Source: Ilumatobacteraceae bacterium
GTDB taxonomy: Bacteria > Actinomycetota > Acidimicrobiia > Acidimicrobiales > Ilumatobacteraceae
DNA: 64,000 bases
NCBI GenBank assembly: GCA_963829585.1
Contig: CAWHJD010000014.1
Span: forward strand, 22,146 to 86,145
Reading direction: 5' to 3'
In this document: positions 35,933 through 43,977 of the stretch, in pieces
Layout of the letters: every line of letters starts with the position of its first letter
Numbering within the stretch: position 1 is the stretch's first letter
Program-made: the position numbers and the translations under genes
The notes under the pieces: generated by a model
What the model was told of the DNA's origin: nothing
Database searches by the model: none
Seen by the model: only the letters and a program-made list of their open reading frames with translations

Positions 35933-37426
35933 TCACTGACCGAGGCGGTCGAGGAGTTCCCTCGCCGTCTCGCTCTGGTCGATCAAGGTACCAACGTGCT
36001 CGGCGGTGCCGCGCAACGGTTCCATCATCGGTACCCGGCGGAGCGGGTCGCGCCCGATGTCGAACACCAGGGAGTCCCAGTTGGCCGCGACGACCTCGTC
36101 GGGATACTTGGCGAGGCATCGGCCACGGAAGTAGGCGCGAGTCGTCGTGGGCGGCTCGGTCATCGCGGCCATGACTTCGTCGCTCGACACCATCGTGTCG
36201 AGGCCGGCCCGCAGCGCCAGGCAGCGGTCGACTCGCAGATCGTGGTACTGCAGGTCGATCGCCTTGAGCCGACCGGATCCGGGTTCGAGACCGTGACGAG
36301 ACGCATAGCCGTCGACGAGACGCTGCTTGGCGACCCAGTCGACCTGGTGCGCCACCGTGGCAGGGTCGGATTCCAGGCCGGTCAGGACGGCTTCCCATCG
36401 GTCGAGCACGTCGAGCGCGACGTCATCGCCCACGCAACCCAGCCCGTGCGACTGCTCGTACTTGCGGGCCCGCTCGAGGAGCCCCCACTGGATCTCCAAC
36501 GCCGTGGCACGCGAACCGTCACGGAGCATGACCGTGCGGCGCAGCGTGGGATCGTGGCTCACCTGGCGGATCGCCGCGACGGGGTTGCCGAGCAGCCAGT
36601 CGTCGCCCAGTTCGTCGTCCTCGATCATCGCCAGCACGACGGCCGTCGTGGCGACCTTCATGTACGTGGCCACCTCACTCATGTTCGCGTCACCGACGAT
36701 GACATGGAGGCGGCGGTACTTCTGGGCGTCGGCGTGGGGTTCGTCACGGGTGTTGACGATCGGGCGCTTCAGCGTGGTCTCGAGGCCGATCTCCTCTTCG
36801 AAGAAGTCGGCGCGTTGGCTCAGCTGGTACGGCACGTGGTCGTCGGGTCGGCCGGGAAGTTCGCAGCCGACCTTGCCGGCCCCGCAGAACACCTGCCGGG
36901 TCACGAAGTGCGAGGTGACCTGGCTGGCCACCCGTCCGAAGGGCACCTCGCGGGCGATGAGGTAGTTCTCGTGGCAGCCGTAGCTGTTGCCCTTGCCGTC
37001 GGAGTTGTTCTTGTGGACGATGATCTCGCCGCCATCGGGGAGCAGCGCGCGGACGTGCTCCATCGACGCCCGTACGATCTCCTCGGCCGCGCGATCCCAC
37101 ACGAGCGCTTCGCGAGCGGTGGTCACCTCGGGAGTCGAGATCTCCGGGTGGGCATGGTCGACGTAGTAGCGGGCGCCGTTGGTGAGCACGGCATTGACCA
37201 GCATCGTCTCGACTTCCGGTGCGAGCGAGGGGTCGAGCGAGAAGCCCCGTGCGTCGTTGGCGGGATGCTCGTCCTCGAAATCCCAGCTGATCCGACCGCG
37301 CCGACGGTTGGTCGCCGCCACGTAGGCGTTGATGAGCATCGACGACGCCGAGACAGGATTGTTGTCGCCGCCGCGTACGACGATGCCGTACTCGGTCTCG
37401 ATTCCGCAGACCTTGGTCAGCGCCAT
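35933..37426 (-). CDS. dop: Pup deamidase/depupylase Dop
   Basis: Intact 497 aa. MALTKVCGIETEYGIVVRGG...NGARYYVDHAHPEISTPE...[11 protein letters not shown]...[27 protein letters not shown]. Confidence 0.9.
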   Translation of the reverse strand: MALTKVCGIETEYGIVVRGGDNNPVSASSMLINAYVAATNRRRGRISWDFEDEHPANDARGFSLDPSLAPEVETMLVNAVLTNGARYYVDHAHPEISTPEVTTAREALVWDRAAEEIVRASMEHVRALLPDGGEIIVHKNNSDGKGNSYGCHENYLIAREVPFGRVASQVTSHFVTRQVFCGAGKVGCELPGRPDDHVPYQLSQRADFFEEEIGLETTLKRPIVNTRDEPHADAQKYRRLHVIVGDANMSEVATYMKVATTAVVLAMIEDDELGDDWLLGNPVAAIRQVSHDPTLRRTVMLRDGSRATALEIQWGLLERARKYEQSHGLGCVGDDVALDVLDRWEAVLTGLESDPATVAHQVDWVAKQRLVDGYASRHGLEPGSGRLKAIDLQYHDLRVDRCLALRAGLDTMVSSDEVMAAMTEPPTTTRAYFRGRCLAKYPDEVVAANWDSLVFDIGRDPLRRVPMMEPLRGTAEHVGTLIDQSETARELLDRLGQ

Positions 37427-37476
37427 GTGGTGAACCTATCGGAGCTGTCGGGCCAGGGTATGTTCAGCTCGGATCT

Positions 37477-38694
37477 TCAGAGCACGTCGAAGCGGACCCC
37501 GGCGTGCGCTTCCAGTCGCTCGACCAGCGCGTCGCCGAAGGCGCTCGCCGGGGTCCAGAATCCACCGCCCACCGTCGAGGCGTCGAGGTCGAGGAAGGCA
37601 ACCGCCGACTCCCCCAGCATCTTGGCGGTCGACCCGTAGCCCGGATCCTGATCGCCGGTCACCTTCGTGCCGATCGTCCGACCCGACGCGGTGCGGCCGG
37701 CGAAGCGGATGTCGAACCAGCCGGCCTGCTGGGCGGCGGCATCCGGGCCCGAGCCGGGCTTCGGCATCACCCTCGCGAGCAGTCGGCGCGTGGGACCGAC
37801 GGAGGCCACACCGGCGAACGCCGCGAGTCCCGCCGTCATCGCCCAGGCCTTGACCGCACCGGTCGTTCCATCGCCGGTCATCATCGTTTCCCCGTAGGTG
37901 AAGTCCCTCCCCCACGGCCGGCCGAGGAGCGCGTGGGTCCGCAGCACCACGGCACTGTTGGTCGGAGCCATCACGAACGGCGCGACCCAACTCTGGAACC
38001 GGTCGTCGCGCGTCGGTCGTTCGAGTCCGGGTTGCCTCGGACCCGTACGGAGGTCGACCGGCGCGAGCACGTACGGATCGGTGGTGATCGCCCGGAGTCC
38101 CGGGTCGGCGGCCATCTCCTCGAACATGTTCATGCCGCTGGCGAGCGTGCCCCCGCTGACACCACCCTTCGCCCCGGCCACCGACATGCGGACCTCGATG
38201 CAGGGTTCGCCGAACTGTTCGATCGCTCGCTGCTGCGTGAACCATGTGCCGAGGTCGGACGGGATCGAGTCGAAACCGCAGGCGTGGACGATGCGCGCCC
38301 CGGTCTGCTCGGCGCGGGTCTGGTGCTGGTCGATCATGCGACGCATCCACTGGACCTCGCCCGTGAGATCGCAGTAGTCGATCCCTGCCTCGACGACGGA
38401 CTCGACGAGTTCGGAGCCGTACAGGGCGTAGGGGCCGACGGTCGACACGACCACGCTGGTGGACGCCGTCAGCGCGTCGAGGGCCGTGCGATCCGCGGCG
38501 TCGGCGACGATCCGTGGCACGTCGGCGCCGGTGGAGCGGGCCACCTCGTCGAGCTTGCTCCGGTCACGGCCGGCGATCGCCCAGCGCAAGTTGCCGATCG
38601 TGCCGTGGCGACGCGTGAGGTAGCGGCACAGGATCTGACCGACGAAGCTCGTCGCCCCGTACACGACGACGTCGTAGTCGCGCCTGCCTGTCAC
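37477..38694 (-). CDS. saccharopine-dehydrogenase-like NAD(P)-binding oxidoreductase
   Basis: Intact 405 aa. Rossmann motif [20 protein letters not shown]. The GTG start overlaps the arc stop (GTGA at 38691-38694). Confidence 0.7.
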   Translation of the reverse strand: MTGRRDYDVVVYGATSFVGQILCRYLTRRHGTIGNLRWAIAGRDRSKLDEVARSTGADVPRIVADAADRTALDALTASTSVVVSTVGPYALYGSELVESVVEAGIDYCDLTGEVQWMRRMIDQHQTRAEQTGARIVHACGFDSIPSDLGTWFTQQRAIEQFGEPCIEVRMSVAGAKGGVSGGTLASGMNMFEEMAADPGLRAITTDPYVLAPVDLRTGPRQPGLERPTRDDRFQSWVAPFVMAPTNSAVVLRTHALLGRPWGRDFTYGETMMTGDGTTGAVKAWAMTAGLAAFAGVASVGPTRRLLARVMPKPGSGPDAAAQQAGWFDIRFAGRTASGRTIGTKVTGDQDPGYGSTAKMLGESAVAFLDLDASTVGGGFWTPASAFGDALVERLEAHAGVRFDVL

Positions 38695-40433
38695 AGGTAC
38701 TGCCCCGTCTGCACGCGCTCGATGGCTCGGCCGCCGGCCACGTTCGTCTCGGCAGTTTCCGACACGAGCGTGCGGATGAAGACGATGCGCTCACCCTTCT
38801 TGCCCGAGATCTTCGCCCAGTCGTCCGGGTTCGTCGTGTTCGGCAGGTCCTCGTGCTCCTTGTACTCCTGCTTGATCGAGTCCAGGAGGTCCTGCGTACT
38901 CACGCCCTTGACCCCTCCGCCGATCACCCGTTTGATGGCCAGCTTCTTGGCGCGCCGCACGACGTTCTCGATCATTGCTCCCGAGGAGAAGTCCTTGTAG
39001 TACAGGATCTCCTTGTCGCCGTTCTGGTACGTCACCTCGAGGAAGCGGTTGGCCTCGTCGTCGCGGTACATCTCGTCGACCGTGGCGGCGATCATGTCGT
39101 CGATCGACTCACCGGGAGCGATCGGGATCTCGTTGGTGAGATAGCGGGCGAAGATCGCGGCTGCTGCGGCGGCATTGGGCCGCTCGATCTTGATCTTCAC
39201 GTCGAGTCGGCCCGGTCGCAGGATCGCCGGGTCGATCAGGTCTTCGCGGTTGGTGGCCCCGATCACGATGACGTTCTTCAGGCCCTCGACCCCGTCGATC
39301 TCGGCGAGGAGCTGCGGCACGATGGTCGACTCCATGTCGGAGCTGATGCCCGTACCGCGCGTGCGGAACATCGAGTCCATCTCGTCGAAGAACACGATCA
39401 CGGGCCAGCCTTCGTCACTCTTCTCCCGCGCCCGCTGGAACACGAGGCGGATCTGACGCTCGGTCTCGCCCACGTACTTGTTGAGCAGCTCAGGGCCCTT
39501 GATGTTGATGAAGTAGCTGTGGCCCTTGCCCTCGCCGACACTCTCGGCGACCTTCTTGGCCAGGCTGTTGGCGACGGCCTTGGCGATCAGGGTCTTGCCG
39601 CAGCCGGGAGGCCCGTAGAGCAGGATCCCCTTGGGCGCCGGGAGCTGGTGCTCGGCGAACAGATCCTGGTGGAGGAACGGCAGTTCGACGGCGTCGGCGA
39701 TCTGCTCGATCTGCTCGTCGAGTCCGCCGATGTCGGAGTACGAGATGTCGGGGACCTCTTCCAGCAACAGGTGCTCGACTTCGGGTCGTGGGAGCTTCTC
39801 GAGCAGGAGGTTCGAGCGCACGTCGAGGCGCAGGTGGTCGCCGGCGCGGATGTGCATGCCGCGAAGGGCGTCGGCCATCTCGCAGACGCGCTCCTCGTCG
39901 GCGCGGCCGACCACGACGATGCGGATGCCGTCGTCCATGACGTCCTTGACCGTCACGACCTCGCCGGTGATCTCCGGGCTGCGGGCCATCACGACGTTGT
40001 AGCTCTCGTTGAGCACGACCTCCGCGCCGCGGTCGAGGAGCTCGTAGTCGATGTCCGGGTGCAGCGCCACACGCATCTTGCGTCCACTGGTCAGGATGTC
40101 GACGGTGTCGTCGTCGTTCTTTCCCACCACCACGCCGTAGGCGGATGGCGGCTGGGAGAGCTTGTCGACCTCGTCGCGAAGCGTCGCGATGTGCTCGCGG
40201 GCCTCACGCAGCGTGTACGAGAGTTTCTCGTTCTGTCCCACCGCGTTCGCGAGCTGGCCCTTGGTCTCGAGGAGTCGTTCCTCCAACGAATGCACCCGCT
40301 TCGGTGCGTCCGCCAGCCGGGCGCGGAGGTGGGCGATCTCGTCCTGCAGCGCCGCGAGTTCGGCGCTCTCGCGCGTCGCGTCGGTCCGGTCGGCATTCGA
40401 GTCGACGGAGTGATCGTCACCTGGAGTTGCCAT
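38691..40433 (-). CDS. arc: proteasome-associated AAA+ ATPase ARC/Mpa
   Basis: N-terminal coiled coil, OB domains, Walker [12 protein letters not shown], Walker [11 protein letters not shown]-terminal ...VQTGQYL docking motif. Start is ATG 40433 (MATPGDD) or 40448. Confidence 0.9.
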   Translation of the reverse strand: MATPGDDHSVDSNADRTDATRESAELAALQDEIAHLRARLADAPKRVHSLEERLLETKGQLANAVGQNEKLSYTLREAREHIATLRDEVDKLSQPPSAYGVVVGKNDDDTVDILTSGRKMRVALHPDIDYELLDRGAEVVLNESYNVVMARSPEITGEVVTVKDVMDDGIRIVVVGRADEERVCEMADALRGMHIRAGDHLRLDVRSNLLLEKLPRPEVEHLLLEEVPDISYSDIGGLDEQIEQIADAVELPFLHQDLFAEHQLPAPKGILLYGPPGCGKTLIAKAVANSLAKKVAESVGEGKGHSYFINIKGPELLNKYVGETERQIRLVFQRAREKSDEGWPVIVFFDEMDSMFRTRGTGISSDMESTIVPQLLAEIDGVEGLKNVIVIGATNREDLIDPAILRPGRLDVKIKIERPNAAAAAAIFARYLTNEIPIAPGESIDDMIAATVDEMYRDDEANRFLEVTYQNGDKEILYYKDFSSGAMIENVVRRAKKLAIKRVIGGGVKGVSTQDLLDSIKQEYKEHEDLPNTTNPDDWAKISGKKGERIVFIRTLVSETAETNVAGGRAIERVQTGQYL

Positions 40434-40563
40434 GGTTCGAATGTACACGCGGTCGATGTGAACGTCTTTGCACGTGCACGGCCGTGTAAACTCTTCAACA
40501 TCGACGAGGCGTCCGTTGGGCGTCTCGAACGATTTCCAACATCACAACGAGGAGCCCACTGAC

Positions 40564-40809
40564 ATGAAGGTCTGGATCGACCAGGATCTGTGCACCGGCG
40601 ACGGCCTGTGCGAGGAGATCGCCCCCGACGTCTTCACCCTGCTCGACGACGGCCTCGCGTACGTCGTCGAGGGCGGCAAGATCTTCGCAGCGGCCAAGGG
40701 CAACCCGGAAGGTGCCGAGGGTCTCGCCGAGATCCCTGACAACCAGCTCGAGGCCGTGATCGAATCCGCCGAGGAATGCCCCGGCGAGTGCATCTACATC
40801 GAGCCCTGA
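40564..40809 (+). CDS. small single-cluster ferredoxin
   Basis: ATG 40564 with a GAGGAG SD. MKVWIDQDLCTGDGLCEEIAPDVF...AEECPGECIYIEP. 81 aa. Confidence 0.8.
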   Translation: MKVWIDQDLCTGDGLCEEIAPDVFTLLDDGLAYVVEGGKIFAAAKGNPEGAEGLAEIPDNQLEAVIESAEECPGECIYIEP

Positions 40810-40879
40810 ACTCGAACTCCTCTCGCTGACGGCTCCGCGTTCGCCGTGCCCGACGAATGTCGCGGGGACGTGACGCGTG

Positions 40880-41665
40880 TCAGTCCGGGTTGCGTCCGAG
40901 GAATCGGGCGACGCTCAAGAAGGCCGTGTGCGCCACCATGCGGTGGTCGGGTCGCACGGCCTGGCCCTCGATGTACCACCCGCGGTGCAGCACCTCGATC
41001 GTGCGCGCATCGATCCACTTGCCCTTGAGGGCGTCGCGTACCTGGACGGCCTGGGTGATCGAGGGCGTGTAGGCGAGGAGGATGCCACCCGGTTGGAGCA
41101 CGGCTTCGGCCTTCGGGATCACCTGCCAGGGTTCGGGGAGATCGAGTACGACGCGGTCGAACATGCCGAGTTCGGGGTCGATGCCCTCGTAGCTGTCGGC
41201 GATGTGGATGTCGTAGCGGTCGAGGGCGGATTCCCCGAGGAAGCTCTGCACGTTCTTGCGCGCCCGGTTGGCGAAGTCCTCCCTGATCTCGTAGCCGACG
41301 ATCTCGGCGCCGTAGCGCAACATCGTCATCGACAGCGCGCCGGATCCGATGCCTGTCTCGAACACCCGCACGCCCGGCCCGATGTCCGCGAGCATGCAGA
41401 TCGGCCCGAGATCCTTGGGGTAGATGACCTGCGCACCGCGTGGCATCTCGACGACGAAGTCCTCCAGCGTGGGACGCAGCGCGATGTACTCCGAGCCCTT
41501 CGTCGAGCGAACGACGACGCCTTCGCGCTCGCCGATGACGGCGGTGTGGGCAACGAAGCCGTTGTGGCTGTGGAACTCGCCGTCGTCGGCCAGCTCGATC
41601 AGGTATCGCCGCTTCTTGGAGTCCAGCAGCAACGCCTTCTCCCCCGTCGCGAAAACTCCGGTCAT
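40880..41665 (-). CDS. trmI: tRNA (adenine58-N1)-methyltransferase TrmI
   Basis: ATG 41665 overlaps the upstream stop (ATGA). FHSHNGFVAH, GAQVIYPKDLGPI, SAM motif VFETGIGSGALS, VVLDLPEPW. 261 aa. Confidence 0.8.
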   Translation of the reverse strand: MTGVFATGEKALLLDSKKRRYLIELADDGEFHSHNGFVAHTAVIGEREGVVVRSTKGSEYIALRPTLEDFVVEMPRGAQVIYPKDLGPICMLADIGPGVRVFETGIGSGALSMTMLRYGAEIVGYEIREDFANRARKNVQSFLGESALDRYDIHIADSYEGIDPELGMFDRVVLDLPEPWQVIPKAEAVLQPGGILLAYTPSITQAVQVRDALKGKWIDARTIEVLHRGWYIEGQAVRPDHRMVAHTAFLSVARFLGRNPD

Positions 41666-42627
41666 CGTCGTCGCCCCTTCGCCAACACCATCTCCACGGG
41701 AACCGGCTCGTGTGCGGCGGCCTTCTCGACCAGCCGACAGAACGCACAGATCTCGCCCGTTGTCGGCGATCCGCACCGGGTGCACTCGTTGAGCTCGCCC
41801 GCCGCGGCGGCCGAATGTCCGGCCAGGAGAGGTGCCATGCGCTCGAGGAAGCCGAGGTAGAACGACGCCTTGGCCCCCGGTGACTTCACCTCGATCGCGT
41901 TCAGCGATTCCTTGTACGAGAGATGTCTGTTGCCGGCAGCGATCGGACATTCCTCCACGACGTAGTCGATGCCCCGAACGAGGCACCAGGCGGCCATCTC
42001 GCGCTCGGTCAAGCGGACCAACGGCTTCGCCTTCTTCGGGAATCCGTTGGTCGCCGGGAGCACGGGGAGCTGACGGGCGAGGTAGTCGATGTCCCACCGC
42101 AGCGTGTTGCCGAACAGCACGGCTGCCTCGTCGTCGAGATTGTGTCCGGTGACCACGACGTCGTAGCCCCCGTCCAGCGCTGCCTGGTCGAACAGTCGTC
42201 GCTTCGACAGTCCGCAGGCCGAGCAGGGCACGCGCCCCGTGGCCCGAGATGCCGTCGGCACGTCGTAGCCGTAGTCCTCACGGAGATCGATCTCGTGCAG
42301 CGTCAGTCCCCGCTCGGCGGCGAAACGACGGACATAGCCCCCGCTGTCGGTGGAGTACTCACCGATGCCGAGCCCGATGTAGAGCCCGTCGGCCTGATAG
42401 CCCGCCTCGATCAGCATGTCCCACACGGCGAGCGAGTCCTTGCCACCGCTCACGGCGACGAGCAGTCGGTCATCGGTGCTGAACATGTCGAAGTCCTCGA
42501 TCGCCTTCGCCATCTGACGCCGACACAGCTGTTGGAGATGCTCGGCGCAGAAGTGGGCGTTGTGACGAGGGAGGTCGATGACCGCCGGTTCCTTGCAGAC
42601 ACGGCACTTGCTCCCGACGGCCGTCAT
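41662..42627 (-). CDS. ttuA: PP-loop ATPase with TtuA/NcsA architecture (putative tRNA 2-thiolation enzyme)
   Basis: N-terminal C-x2-C...C-x2-H finger (CRVCKEP...FCAEH), PP-loop VAVSGGKDS, central Cys CSACG and ...ECPIAAGN, C-terminal CTRCGSPTTGEICAFC finger. Start is ATG 42627, with alternative GTG 42651. Confidence 0.7.
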   Translation of the reverse strand: MTAVGSKCRVCKEPAVIDLPRHNAHFCAEHLQQLCRRQMAKAIEDFDMFSTDDRLLVAVSGGKDSLAVWDMLIEAGYQADGLYIGLGIGEYSTDSGGYVRRFAAERGLTLHEIDLREDYGYDVPTASRATGRVPCSACGLSKRRLFDQAALDGGYDVVVTGHNLDDEAAVLFGNTLRWDIDYLARQLPVLPATNGFPKKAKPLVRLTEREMAAWCLVRGIDYVVEECPIAAGNRHLSYKESLNAIEVKSPGAKASFYLGFLERMAPLLAGHSAAAAGELNECTRCGSPTTGEICAFCRLVEKAAAHEPVPVEMVLAKGRRR

Positions 42628-42640
42628 CGACCGGCCCCGC

Positions 42641-42841
42641 TCATGCCGCACCGCCGGAGATGACGGGCCTGACCTCGATGACGTCGTCGTCGGTCAGTCG
42701 TGCGTCGCCCGGGACGAGCGTGCCGTTGCGGATGACGAGGTGTGCCTCCCGACTCAGCCCCAACTCCTCGAGCAGGCGGTCGACCGATCGTGGTCCGTCG
42801 AATTCGACTTCGCGCCGCGGGTTTCGCAGCAGCACCTTCAC
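42641..42841 (-). CDS. ttuB: ThiS/MoaD-family ubiquitin-like sulfur carrier (TtuB-like), C-terminus ...ISGGAA
   Basis: 66 aa, MKVLLRNPRREVEFDGPRSVDRLLEELGLSREAHLVIRNGTLVPGDARLTDDDVIEVRPVISGGAA. The GTG start overlaps the upstream stop (GTGA). Confidence 0.7.
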   Translation of the reverse strand: MKVLLRNPRREVEFDGPRSVDRLLEELGLSREAHLVIRNGTLVPGDARLTDDDVIEVRPVISGGAA

Positions 42842-43239
42842 GATCGTCGCTTGGATGCGCTGATGCTCGCGAGGGCCTCGGACTCCAGCCGCTTCAGTTC
42901 CGCTCGCCGTGCACGCCGGCTCAGATCGAGTCGTGGTGCGCTCACGGCGACGGTGACGCTGCGGCCGACGCCGAGACGTTCGCGTGCGAGGCGTTCGGGC
43001 GGCTTCTGCAGCACACGCTTGCTGATCTCGCGGACCACGAGCGCACTGCCCACTGCCCGCCAGTACGGATTCCCGAGGATCAGGCCCTGGCGAAGCGCCT
43101 TGACCCGAAGAAAGTCGCCCTGACCGACCATGAGCATGGCGATCGGTCTGACCAGCGCATTGGGATGAGCGACGCCGCGTCGCAGTACGAAGCTGCGCAC
43201 GAGGTACCTCGGTCGCAGCGCATAGGGAACCAGCGACAT
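42838..43239 (-). CDS. hypothetical basic protein (133 aa)
   Basis: ATG 43239 overlaps the upstream stop by 1 nt (TGATG). MSLVPYALRPRYLVRSFVLRRGVAHPNALVRPIAMLMVGQGDF... with an Arg-rich helical tail. No motif recognised. The upstream part of ORF 42838-43695 is junk. Confidence 0.5.
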   Translation of the reverse strand: MSLVPYALRPRYLVRSFVLRRGVAHPNALVRPIAMLMVGQGDFLRVKALRQGLILGNPYWRAVGSALVVREISKRVLQKPPERLARERLGVGRSVTVAVSAPRLDLSRRARRAELKRLESEALASISASKRRS

Positions 43240-43466
43240 CAGACCCGCCGGATCTCGACGATGGCGCTGCGTCGTTTGCCGGATCGGCGACCGAGCAGGA
43301 AGAAGATGAACATCAGCACCGCAGCGCTCCCGGCGGCAACGGTGACGATGGAGGTCTTCTTGTCCTCGACGCGTCCCTGGATGTCGTTCTGCAGTGCCGT
43401 GAACTTGTTCTCGAGGTCCTGCGGGGTGATCTTGTCGGGGACCACTGGATCGGTGTGCTTCGCCAT
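43239..43466 (-). CDS. small single-pass membrane protein (75 aa)
   Basis: MAKHTDPVVPDKITPQDLENKFTALQNDIQGRVEDKK, then TM segment SIVTVAAGSAAVLMFIFFLLG, then RRSGKRR. Confidence 0.55.
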   Translation of the reverse strand: MAKHTDPVVPDKITPQDLENKFTALQNDIQGRVEDKKTSIVTVAAGSAAVLMFIFFLLGRRSGKRRSAIVEIRRV

Positions 43467-43475
43467 GGGGGCTCC

Positions 43476-43853
43476 TTACTTCGGTTCCTTGTACAAGGTC
43501 GCCTTCTTGATCCGCGAGATCGCCAGAGCGATCACGCCGACGGCGACGAGCAGGGTGATCAGGTACGCGACCCACGACAGGTTCCCGCTTGCCGAGCGCA
43601 CCCATTCCGTCTGGAGCATGCGCAGGAGACCGACGAGCAGGAGCACGATGCCGAGGCTGAGCAGGAGCGCCGCCGCGGCGCCGTAACCGAGCCACGCTCC
43701 GGCTCCCCTCAGTGGACCGAGCGTCTCCTGCTTGGCGTAGGCCTTGACGTAGTCGACGATGTCACCGACCGATGCTTCCTGCTCGGCCTGCTTGGTCCTG
43801 TCGGCCCTGCGAGCGAGGCGCTGTTCGAGATCGTTGGTGTCTGACACGGGCAT
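43476..43853 (-). CDS. two-TM membrane protein resembling the actinobacterial 'Holin-X' (holin superfamily III) family
   Basis: A soluble charged N-terminus, then two hydrophobic helices (AWLGYGAAAALLLSLGIVLLLVGLL and WVAYLITLLVAVGVIALAI). The family call is by topology and resemblance only. Confidence 0.5.
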   Translation of the reverse strand: MPVSDTNDLEQRLARRADRTKQAEQEASVGDIVDYVKAYAKQETLGPLRGAGAWLGYGAAAALLLSLGIVLLLVGLLRMLQTEWVRSASGNLSWVAYLITLLVAVGVIALAISRIKKATLYKEPK

Positions 43854-43977
43854 CGTTTCTATCACGATACGGCCGGGCTGACGCTACGGCGCGGTCCATC
43901 ACCCCTGGTCATCACCGAGCGGTGCGATACTGTCGTGTCGGTCTCCGTCGGCGTTCCACCTGTAGCGTCGCAGGCCT

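Noticed and set aside
35676-36398. N-terminally extended versions of ORFs in the six-frame track:
- 240-aa 'Pup' ORF
- 817-aa 'tkt' ORF from 59949
- 340-aa ORF 16848-17870
- 274-aa prcA ORF
- 285-aa ORF 42838-43695
- 656-aa ORF 57632-59602
   Set aside because: In each case the upstream portion is Arg/Pro-rich out-of-frame or antisense sequence of the neighbouring gene. A proper start with an SD or an ATGA/GTGA overlap exists at the homologous N-terminus.
40434-40563. Possible operator in the arc/ferredoxin divergent region: GCACGTGC palindrome, and TGTACACG...CGTGTAAA imperfect inverted repeat with a partial CRP-like half-site TGTGA.
   Set aside because: These are only short or imperfect symmetries (8 bp; 3/5 match for the second CRP half-site). 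That is too weak to call without comparative data.
43866-43977. A c-di-AMP (ydaO) or other riboswitch upstream of kup.
   Set aside because: The leader is only about 110 nt, and I could not find the paired G-rich boxes or long nested helices expected of that family.
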